Below, piece by piece: positions 24,240 to 35,300 of a stretch of DNA of 64,000 nucleotides. Positions within the stretch are counted from its first letter, which is position 1; each line of letters opens with the position of its first letter. The notes below the pieces were generated by a model. The model was given only the letters and a program-made list of their open reading frames with translations, ran no database searches and had not been told where the DNA came from. The position numbers and the translations under genes were made by a program. The stretch comes from Botryllus schlosseri (lineage: Eukaryota): contig CM119374.1 of the NCBI GenBank assembly GCA_051294905.1, positions 22,382,001-22,446,000 on the forward strand, read 5' to 3'.

Positions 24240-26068
24240 CAGTGGTTCTTAACCTTTTTTCCTCCAGCGCCCCCTTTCAAAAGTTTTCCTGTGCCAGCGC
24301 CCACCACCGCATATTGTAAGGAATGTAATAAAGACAATGAGCAAGAGGGAGGGCCGTAACAGCACTTCGTCAACCCCCCTAAAAACAATTGCCTTGCGCA
24401 CCCATAGCATGATAAACCAAACTTCTGAGGGCTTCGACCCAAAGAACCCCGTAGCGTGATTTCGATGGTCAGCAAAGTTTGTGTGGCCTGGTCGCATGCA
24501 TGAATAGGTGGTAATTACATATATAAGTCGCTATAAACTTTTTATCTTCTCGGCCCACGTAGTCGATTTACCAGTAGCGCTGAGTGAGCTGTCGTATGGG
24601 GAGATAAAGGCACGTAATTAATAATTATACATATTCGGGCGTGCCCGTAGGTACAATTAATTCGTTACCAGGGCCGTAACAGCGCTTCGTCAGTCCCCCC
24701 CCCCAAAAAATGTTGGTCTTAGCCCCCCCCCCCCCCATCGGGTGATAAACCAAACTTCCAAGGGGCGTCGCCCCCAGACCCCCCTTCGGCTATCCGCTAT
24801 TTGCTGTTACTAGTCATCTACATCGGGTGTCCATTTACGTAGCCAGCTATTCTCGCCCAGACGCGCGAAGCGCGAAAAATTTCAATAATTATTGATTGAA
24901 TTGGTCAATATCATCGGGAATTGCATGTATATTGATATCAATTTTTATCCTCTCTCTGCTCACGTAAACAAATTTACTGATAGAGCTGCGTGATGTGTGA
25001 TTGAAAAGGTAGGACCCCTCAATAATAATTATACATCTTCAGTCGTATACCCGTTGGCAGGAACGAAACGGCACTTCGTCAGGCCGCCCGAAAAAACTTA
25101 GGTCTTGGGCTCCCATAGGGTGATAAACCGACCGCCCCCCATCACGTTGTTCGTTTTGCCACGAAATCAGTTGTACTGTTTAGCGAGCCAGTGCGAAGCG
25201 CGAAAACTTTCGATAATTCATAATAAAATCGGTCAGTAAGATCGGGAATTGCATATATATTGCTATCAATTTCTTGTCCTCTCTGCTCACGTTACCAGAT
25301 TTACCGGTAGAGCTGAGTGAGGTGCAATGTTCCGTCTAAGCTGCTCACGTGCGCAGTGCTGACACGGTCTCTGCGAACAGAAAATCTACGTCGCGCACAA
25401 CAAATCCGAAGTTATGACCTTTTTTTAGTCCTTACGCACTGTTGTCCAAGGGTCTGCGCAGTGAGGTTATTGAGCATGCGCAGACTCATCGAAACGAACA
25501 ATGTGAGGTGTCTTCGAAACTGTAGGGCCCGTCACCAATAATTAAACATATTCGGGCGGGCGAACCCGTTGGTGTGACTTCGTTGCATGATGTTATTTCG
25601 TGACCTCCTGTCTGCATATCAAAAAATATAGAATCACCCAACAGGAATATCTAGTTTTAGATATCCCTGTCGCCCAATCGTACTAAACTAAACGACGCAC
25701 ACGATTTCAAATTGGTATTTCTTCACTGGCATATGATTTTTCCCTGCCAGATGGAATTCGTCTTCTGGGGTTCAGATTGCCAAGACAGGAACATTCGGTG
25801 CCAGTCATTTAGGCGCCCATGGACAATTAAACCGATATGTCTTTTGTAGGCTATATATAACGATGTTTTCGGTGTTACTTTTCTCTAAATACTCATTAAG
25901 GATATGTCCTACCACCACATCATCTACTGCGAAGCCATTTTTCTCCAGCGCCCCCCTTACCGCCCCCCTGAGCCCAGCGCCCCCCATATCGCCCCCTGAG
26001 CGTTTCCGCCCCCTTCAAAATCGCCAGCGCCCCTTAGGGGGCGCTGGAGGCAAGGTTAAGAACCACTG
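24240..26068. mobile_element. Buster/Charlie-like non-autonomous hAT element (1829 bp), same family as 16104-17753
   Basis: TIR CAGTGGTTCTTAACC and a perfect TSD aactacat. Confidence 0.92.
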
Positions 26069-27666
26069 AACTACATTGTCTCTGTAGGCCTACATCAGGG
26101 GTGGTCAGCCTTTTCACTATTCACGGCCGCATTTCGATTACTTAGATCGCCTATATGCGGTGGTATTCCAGTGAATAGTCGTAATGGGCGCGTAACTGGG
26201 CGCAATTTCGTATTGAAAAAAAAAGATTAATTAAATTTGACCAAAATTTCGGAGTCAATTCGTAAATTTTATTTGCATGTTGACGGCCGCCAACACATAC
26301 TCATTAAATTACGTGTGAACGGCCGCATAATTTTCTTTCTACGACCGCAGCTTGGTCACCCCGCATGCTCTGCATAATCTATATCCTATGCAGGGCGGTA
26401 ACTGCCCCACCCAAAACCCCTTAATTAGGGCGGCGCGAGCTCGAATGGAGCCCAAAATTATTTCGCAAATCAACATAAAAGATCGAGTATCTTGTGTGAG
26501 ATTACGTACAACTGCAAAATTTTGTTCACCCTTAGCGTGATTTAGAGCAGGGGTGTCGAACATACGGCCCGCGGGCCGCACCCGACCCGTCAGGCGATTT
26601 TATCAGGCCCACGAAGCAATTCTGGGTAGATTGAAACAGTTATTGGTATTGCTCGTGCGAATTCGGGCGGTTCCAGTGTCCTGATCATATTTTATTTTCT
26701 ATTTTCGGAATCAGTACGGTGGTAGCTTTCGATCAAGACCAGTTTGAAGAACTTATGCGTCCTGCTCGATAGCTTTCGGATTGTCAGAGATGCTACAGTA
26801 GCTGCCGCAAAACAATCCAGAATACATCCTTAGCAAAGCAGAACGAAGACGAAAAATCGGTCGTTGCCATTCCGTGTTTAAATTCGATAGTTATACAGTG
26901 GCAACGGTTTTGAAGTATATGTCGAAATCGCAGAGTTACAACACAAACCATTGTTACTTCAGACTAAGGTTACCATATTTTGGAAATCTAAAAAGTGGAC
27001 ACTTTTTCAGAATTTTAAGACTTGCAAAACCGGAGGAGAATTCTCAAAAAATTTTGTATTCGACCCACTCTATGGTCGGTTGACTAAAAAATAAATAAAA
27101 AAAAAGGTCATCTTTCACGCTTGGTGCCCAAAATACATTTTTCCCCTCAGATTGTCGGGTGGTTGACTAAAAAAAGGTCAACTTTCCGCTCAGCTCCCGA
27201 AATACTCGCCAAAGCGTCACTTCGGTGCTGATTTATGGATCTCGGTCGGATCTTGCTGTATATATGACCAAAATTCTCAAAAAAGAGTACAAAATCTGAA
27301 AAAAAAGAGGACAAATCCCCTTTAAAAAGGACGTATGGTAACCATATTTCAGACAGGTCTAGAATTATGGGCAAAATTTCAAACAGCAACTTGACTTACG
27401 TTTTGGCCACCATTCTCATTAGACTGTGCCCTAGAACAGTGGTTCTCAATCGCCGGTCCGCGGACTGGTGCCGGTCCGCGACGACATTTCTGCCGGTCCG
27501 CCAGAGATATTACAATTATATACTCTAATTTCAAGATGCAAAGTTGAAGGCTTGTCCATTGATAAAAATATATACAACATCAAATTTTATACTGATTCAT
27601 TACTTCGTGAGGTAACATGAGAGCTGGAACATGTTCGATTTGACTTAAAGTTCACGACGTGTCATT

Positions 27667-28628
27667 CAGTGTTGGGATGACTCGAGTCATGACTTGACTC
27701 GAGTCAGACTCGAGTCACCTTTTTCGCATGACTTGACTTGACTCGAGTCACTTTGCAAAAATGACTCGACTTGACTTGACTCGATGTATCAGAAATGTGG
27801 ATTGACTCGTGACTCGGAGCAAAATTCACGAGTCAATTTCAAGTCATCAACTAATCGGTGTCGTTAAAAATCACTGTATCTTGCATATGTTCGGATTGTT
27901 CGCAAAACGCTGGTGTAACCCGTGAGAGCGACCAATGATCGTGCGTTTCACTGAACCTCGATTGTTCTCTCACAAATAAATTGACCGCAAACGAAGTGAT
28001 TGAAGCTTACAGCTTACGTTGCTGTAATTCTAGTAGTAAAGTAATAAAATGGTAAAATTTATATTTCCATTTTCTGTTCTTACCTTAACGAAACTTATTG
28101 TTTTATAGAAATTGACTTCGAATATAGTTTAGTCCTCAGCCATTGGCGCAGGCTCGAATTGTATCATATCTATTTCTAAATGGGTAATGTATTGAATGTT
28201 ATCAATTCGTTTCTCCATTCTCTATTCCGGCTGGTAACTATAAACTATGGCTATGCAATTACGTAGTTTAACAGTTCTACGTATATGTGAGTGGTGCAGC
28301 GCCTTCTTGTGTGTATATTTTACTCTATATCCGGTCATCCGTTTGGAATCAATAAACACTTAAACTGTATTTCAGACAGCTAGCAAATTGCAATGACGTA
28401 ATCATGCTTCATACATACTTCGAAAAGGCAACTTGACTTGAAACGTGACTTGACTCGTGCCTTGACTTGACTTGACTCGACTTGACTCGAGTCACCTCCA
28501 AAAATCGAATGACTTGACTTGACTCGAGTCACCTTTGAAAATCGATTGACTTGACTTGACTCGAGTCAAAATGTGCAATGACTCGAAATGACTCGTGACT
28601 CGAAGGTAGTGACTTGATCCCAACACTG
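27667..28628. mobile_element. hAT-type MITE (gactcgagtc family) nested in 27437-29801
   Basis: TIR cagtgttgggat and a perfect TSD gtgtcatt. Confidence 0.92.
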
Positions 28629-29369
28629 GTGTCATTTGTCGACATGCTAGCGACAAGTACAGAACAGATACGAGCGGACTTATCGCTAATCTGCGCACTT
28701 TGCGCGATCATTCGTTTTCGATTCATTCATTTTTTGCAAGACCGTAACTGGGGCACCCCAAACCACCAAATTGGAGAGGGGCCGAGCTTGAAAGGCGCCC
28801 AAAATTATTTTGCAACAGAACATAAATCATAGCGTATTTTTTAAAAACTTTTCCAACATTTTTCAATTTTTTTCACGCTTTGTGCGATTCAGTGTCACTA
28901 AATGTCTTGGTTATTCGGGGCCCTTCTCTGAGAAATACGCATGATTTATAGAAATAGGCTATTCTGCGTCAGCTATTACCGCGCCACAACGTATACCAAC
29001 ACAAAATGAATTTTAGGCCAATATGAGAATCCGAAAGGTGTGCCAATAATTCGGCAGCGCGAAACCGATTCAGTGAATGATGAATGATCGAAAATTTCCG
29101 CTATTCCGCGATTAAACTGCATAAACTCTCTGCTTAGACTGAGTAGAATAAATGTGCTCACTAGTACATGTGAAAACATCCTCACAACAGTAGGGTCTGG
29201 GGACGAAGCCCCCGGAAGTTTGACTTTTCGCCATGTGGGGTCCAAAATCAACGTTTTTGGGGATGGGCTGACGAAGTGCTTTTTTTCAGTTTAGATTTGC
29301 GAATGGCCCGTATATCGGCTGTAAGGTGTTTTCTTGCGGCACGCATTGTATTCGTAGTTGCCAGAGCAG

Positions 29370-29630
29370 CCTGCGCCTGGTGACAGGGGGTAATGAGCAA
29401 GGTAGCACCCCAAGGTGCCTGGTTCGATTCCGCAATGCTTCTTCTCTCGATCTTGCCAAAGAGAAGAATATTATTTGAGTTGGCGTGGTCGGTTAAACCC
29501 ACGGCCTTCGGCGCGAAAGACTGTGGGCTAAACGACGGTCGGTGGTATCACGTTTATCTGGACAAGCCAATTTAACCTCGACTCATCACACTCACTATAG
29601 TCACTACCATAAACTCATATGAAGATATAA
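29370..29630 (+). mobile_element. Possible degenerate tRNA-derived SINE
   Basis: B-box-like GGTTCGATTCC at ~29420, a GC-rich structured body and a low-complexity tail. The A box and TSD are not clear. Confidence 0.35.
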
Positions 29631-30922
29631 TCAATTACGACCAAAACCCATTAAATATCACTCTCTGGCACAATATAATTGCAAAAAATGGTTGTTTACT
29701 TCACATTTTGGCTTCATTTCAATTTTGAAAGTTCACCGGTCCGCCAGACATTTTTTTGTAATTTTACCGGTCCGCGAGGTGAAAAAGGTTGAGAACCACT
29801 GCCCTAGAACATACCGCCATAGTCACCCCATACCCGGTCAGCGTCAATTCCAAATCGATCTGAGACCGAAATATCATTGAACAGGTGACTGGCGGTTACA
29901 TCTTGAACATTGCTTTCATGACTAAATTCATTCCAGCATAATTTAATAAACTCATAGGCTGTGCTACCGGTACAGCTGACTTCGTTTACAGCAGTGGTTC
30001 CCATCTTTTTGAGGTGTCTGGGCCGAATTTCAAAGTACGTATGGATCCTGATGATAATACTGAAGAACTTATCCAATTATTACATTCTGTTGATAAAGTC
30101 ACAGATCAATTCAGCTAGCATATAGTCGGCCTACATTGCTTCTACTGCTGTATGATCTGCCTCTGGGCTACCACCGATCGGCAAAATGGAGTCAAAATAA
30201 ACTTCGTACGAGCAGCGAGCAGTCAGTCAGACACGATCTATCTCTATTACCAATGGTATTGTGATGGTGTGGTTTACCTGACTGTCTGTCGCGTTCTATC
30301 GCACACCGCGCTAATTAGTTTTACATGGATAAGAACTTGTAGAAGACCACCGTATGTAGATGAGCGTCGAGGGTATCTGGTGCAGAGACTTTGTTTTGCG
30401 TCCGACCATAGAAGCACCCAGATATCAAAAGAGAGTGTGAGACCAAAAGGTATCGCTACTATAACTGTCAAAGGGGGCAGTGTAGACCATGATTGCTAGT
30501 TGCTACACCCCTGACCTTTATGCTTTGGCTTAACCGTGGTTACTGATTTTCCTTAGTGCGGTCCGCCAACAGATCACGATTCAAAAAATGTCCCTCGCCT
30601 GAAAAAGTCTATCCGCATCTTCTTTAGTAGTTACGAATCTCAAACTCTTTGATGCCGACCACGTATACTAATTCATGTATTCATCACAATGGAAGCATCG
30701 AATCGTTTTTGACTTATGGTTTTTCTCTGCCATCTCTCTTTGCTTGGCTGTGACACTTCGTATTCTCGTCATTATTGATTGCAACAGATTTGTAGTGGTG
30801 CATTCGTCACTCCCACCAGCGGTCAGATGTAGCCTACTACAAGAGGAATTTTAGTGATATTCCAAAGTTAGACCATGATGATTGTCATGAAATCAGAAAA
30901 TAAGTAACTTGTATTTATAGAC

Positions 30923-31289
30923 CAGTGGTTCCCAACCTTTTTCGAACCATCGCCCCCTTTTCAAGCTTAACACCGATCATCGCCCCCCAGATTTTGTGTA
31001 CCGAAAAATGGGAATTCAAACTGTAATCACCGGCGGGTTGACTAAAAAAAAAAAGGTCTTCTTTCTCCGCTCATAGCTCAAAATAACGCATTGTTAGGTG
31101 GATGACTAAAAAAAAAAGGTCAGCCGTTTTGGCGCGTCATCGCCCCCCTATCGCCCCCTTGGCTAATTTCGCCCCCTGTCGCCCCCTTTGTCCATTTTCG
31201 CCCCCCTATCGCCCGCTTCATCATTTTCGCCCCCCTGGATCGCCAAATCGCCCCCTTGGGGGCGATATCGCCCACGTTGGGAACCACTG
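30923..31289. mobile_element. Buster/Charlie-like MITE with atcgcccc repeats
   Basis: TIRs cagtggttccca / tgggaaccactg and a perfect TSD ttatagac. Confidence 0.9.
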
Positions 31290-32024
31290 TTATAGACGTA
31301 GTAGCGATGACATGAAACTTGAGAACTGACTCCCCAGACAAGCGAATATTTCGAAAGAATCGGTGTCTATCATTCATTGTACGATATTTGCATCATGTCT
31401 TATATATAGTTTGCTGTACACATAAGAAAATAGCGTCAAATGATATTCACATATATCAAGCATAATTCAAGAAAACGGTACAAGAAATAGTGTTGTATTC
31501 TACCGCGGACTCGGCAATAAACTTTGAATGTATAGGGAGACGTTGCCACAAGTACCCAAAGATCTCAGCGAACCTCACGATTATAGTCGTTCCGTTGCTC
31601 GTTATATGTTGTTATTTTCGCAACATTGTGTGGAGGCATCAACGGTGGTCGTCATTGGTCATTTACACTGGACTGGACATTTACGTTGATACCGGGGCTT
31701 TTTTACCCAGTCATGGTGTCATTCGTAATAGTGACGCAAACATAACCTAAAACCCTTTCATAATTTACAAAATCAATATAGTTTAAAGTATATAGATTAT
31801 CCGAGAAAATACCCGTTGTACAGAAGTGGAAGTTGTCCAAAAATATATCGACCTGCGTATTCAGAAAAAGTAGTAATGGTGAGTGACTATACCTCTAATA
31901 ATATGCTTAAATTTTGTTGCAACCAAGTTTTAGGAAAAGGAAGATGAATTAACAGTGCAACGATACTCGAGACATAGATCAACGTTTTGCTTCCGCGATT
32001 TGAAGATATCTTCTTAATACAACG

Positions 32025-32358
32025 CTACAAGCCCGAAGACTTGTATTCTCCGCCATTACCATGGAGGAGACTCTGCCCTGGATCAGTGTCGTTGGCGTTA
32101 ATATCTTCCCGTGGCAAATTGTCAAAATTCGCTGGCGGCTGATCTCGGATGTTCGCGTCTGGCTCGTCATCCGGACAGGTGGAATGCATTCGCTTGCGTC
32201 TCGTCCCGTTGGCGCTGGACTGAGACGAGCGTTGTCCGGACGGTGGAGATACGTGCGAAGTGGATTCGAGCTTTGAAATCACAGTGCCCCGATTCCTTCG
32301 AATTTGTCTGGGTTCTTCGCTCTGAAGGTTCACTAAGTTACGACGATGGCTTAAGTAA
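32025..32358 (-). CDS. AT1/APJ-like GPCR, probable terminal exon (Ser-rich tail)
   Basis: Strong acceptor cgtttttcgtatacag with a phase-2 start. Reads YLSHRRNLVNLQ...YKSSGL*. Confidence 0.6.
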
Positions 32359-35300
32359 CTGTATACGAAAAACGTGAAGTGGGTGTGAATACAGTCTTCA
32401 TTTAACACCGATTCAACCAGTTAAATAGCAGGTTCGTGGTACAGAACTTGAAGATTGCTTTCTTCGTAACATTGACAGCAATAGTGCATGTATTCAAACT
32501 GGAAGACTAGTGCTCGAAGATGTACTATTACGATAGATGTTGTGCAGAAATCAATATCAGCAGATTGTAGAACGAGCTAAATACATCCTTACTTATTTTG
32601 CTATATTCCTGGGGTAAGGTGGGTTATGTGCTTATGCGCACCACCCTGGCAATTAGAGGTGATCAGAAAGAAAGTATTTCTAATTAATCGGAGCACTCAA
32701 GTAGATTTTTCCTACTCGTACTACTTACTCAAGCGGTTATCTTTATACTTCCACTTCTATTTTACAGTTTTCCAAGCAGAACTACTTACTTTCAACAATC
32801 TACCTTTTCAATGTCGTAACGTAGATAGGCCTGATAGTTTTGAGAATAAGCATCAATGTTTTATTGCAATTGTCGTAGCAGCCGAGGGAAATGACCCCTG
32901 GATCACAGTAACTGAATGTATTTTCGAAAATTAAACTCAATGGAGGCGTTATTAATTATTTTGTTAGTCGCAAATATGCATATCTCATGATCATCATCAT
33001 TGGTTTAATAGCGATTTTTATCAGTTCAATTCACCACAAAAATGCGATACAATGAAAAGATAAGAAAGTGTCGAAGCGACTTGGAGTAGTCTATGGAATC
33101 AGACACCCACCTTGGCCTATGCGATGTAAAGAGGAGGCATGGACACTGAATATAAAGTAAAAGAAGATGGTATGGAAAAAGCAAGCGACAAAAAATGATG
33201 TGACATGTCATGGAAGGCGAGATCGATAGGTCAGGTCGTGGTCTGGTAATCTTGAGGATGGACTAGTAATTATTTAGTAGTAATTGCTTGTATTTCGACT
33301 TGAATGCGGACATGCTCGTCGACTGCCGGGTGGCCGGTGCGATACTGTACGACACGTTAGGTCCGGCATATTTGATAGAACGATGATCTTTTCGGCCGAT
33401 CATATGATATTTAGACGACGTGGAGGCGCGTGTGTTGTACTTCTGCGCTTTTGATTCCGAGGTTGCGAATGTAGCCATGAGACCCTGACCATTTTCCACG
33501 TCCAGTTAGCGACATTAACACTTTACTATTCGACTACTACTCCACAATGTACCTGTTGGGTCATGATATTTCTAACAAGTCTTTGACTATGGAATGGCAA
33601 CGACCGATTTCCCAGCTTCGTTCCGCTTCGCTGAGGCGGGATTCAGAATTGTTTTGCGGCAGCGACTGTAGGATTTCTGTCAATTCAAAAGATGTCTTCC
33701 GGAGCGCATAATTTACTGAATCTGGTTTGGATCGAAAGCTATTGTCGTAATGATTCCGAAAATATAAATTACAATATGATCAGGCTCTGAACTACCCGAA
33801 ATTCCCCTCCAAGTCTGAAATATCGGCATTGTCCAAACAATTGGAGAGCCGGAACGGGTCATTGTTATGGTCATTGTTTTCTGGTCACCGATTGTTCTGA
33901 ACAGTGCCGATTTCAGATGTTGAGGTTGATTTTTCGTCAAAGTCAGGCGTCTGACCCTATTTCAATTTATATGTATATATATATATATATATGGAATTAG
34001 GGCGACACTAGCTTTTGATCAAGACCAGATTCAGTAAATTCTGCGCTCTGGAAGATAACTTTTGGACTGCCAGAAATCCTACAGTCGCTGCCGCAAAACA
34101 ATTCTCCACTCCAGCCTCGGCGAAGCGGAACGAAGCTGCAAAATCGGTCGTTGCCATTCCATGTTTTCATTCGACACTTTGACCCGTCATATTTTCATCT
34201 TGCCATACCTATGCTTGAAAGTAATCTGTATTGAAAATATAATTACATTTCCCAATGATGTAAGAAGTAATAATACCTGAGGGTCATCGCTTCGCGAAAT
34301 TCTTGAGTTCGACCGGGGAATCATTCCAAAGATTTTCACGCAACAGTGGACTTTTGAACACAGTGCCTACAATCAAAACATCTGGTTCCGTTCACCTTTC
34401 GTAGGTCGCGTGACCTTGGATTTTTAACATACCTTAATTCTTGCTCTGTGCGTTGGACTCGCCGAATAAATAATCGGGTTAACCACGCTGTTGCAAAAAC
34501 TGAGTGCCGCGAATAGTAAATGCAGCATATACTGCATCTCCAGCAGTTTCCCTGTGGCCTTTGGAATCACGCTTGATGGTAAGGAAATAGTCCGTTAGGA
34601 TGGTCTGCTATGACGACGTGAAATCGAATCGGTACTATACTATAGGCCAGTGCTTCTTAACCTTGTCGCCAGGGCACGAGAAGCGTTTCAGATTTTGAAG
34701 GAGTGCAAACGCTCAGGGGGTGATGTGGGTGGCGCTGGGCTCCGTGGGCGGTATGGGGGCAGGGTTGTAATGACTCGAGTCATGACTCGACTCGAGTCCG
34801 ACTCGAGTCACGATTTTCTGATGACTCGACTTGACTCGAGTCATTTATTCAAAATACGGAAATGACTCGACTCGACTCGAGTCATTCTGTGTATTGACTC
34901 GACTTGGACTCGAGTCATTGCGCATGACTCGAACCAAGTCATTGACTCGAGACTCAGACGGCCAAGACCGACATTTCATTGTAATTCCGAAGCCAACACA
35001 CTATTGGGATTTCGTCTGTTGGTACCGGTACTTGAAAATGCGACCATAAACTGCTAAAAGTGAGGGAAATTGGTATATTCTAAATGCGAACCATTCGATA
35101 TCACCAAACAGAGTTATAAAAAGTGGGTTTACCAATACTTCTACTGGAAACTGAGCAGTCAACACAATGACTTGGACTCGATCTCGAGTCATAATTCCAT
35201 GACTCGGACTCGGCACTCTGCTCGCTGACTTGGACTCGGACTTGACTCGGTGGTGAATTGAAATGACTCGACTTGACTCGAGTCAAAACTATAAAAGTGA

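Larger units (their letters stand above)
27437..29801. mobile_element. Buster/Charlie-like MITE carrying nested insertions
   Basis: TIRs cagtggttctcaa / ttgagaaccactg and a perfect TSD ccctagaa. Confidence 0.88.
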
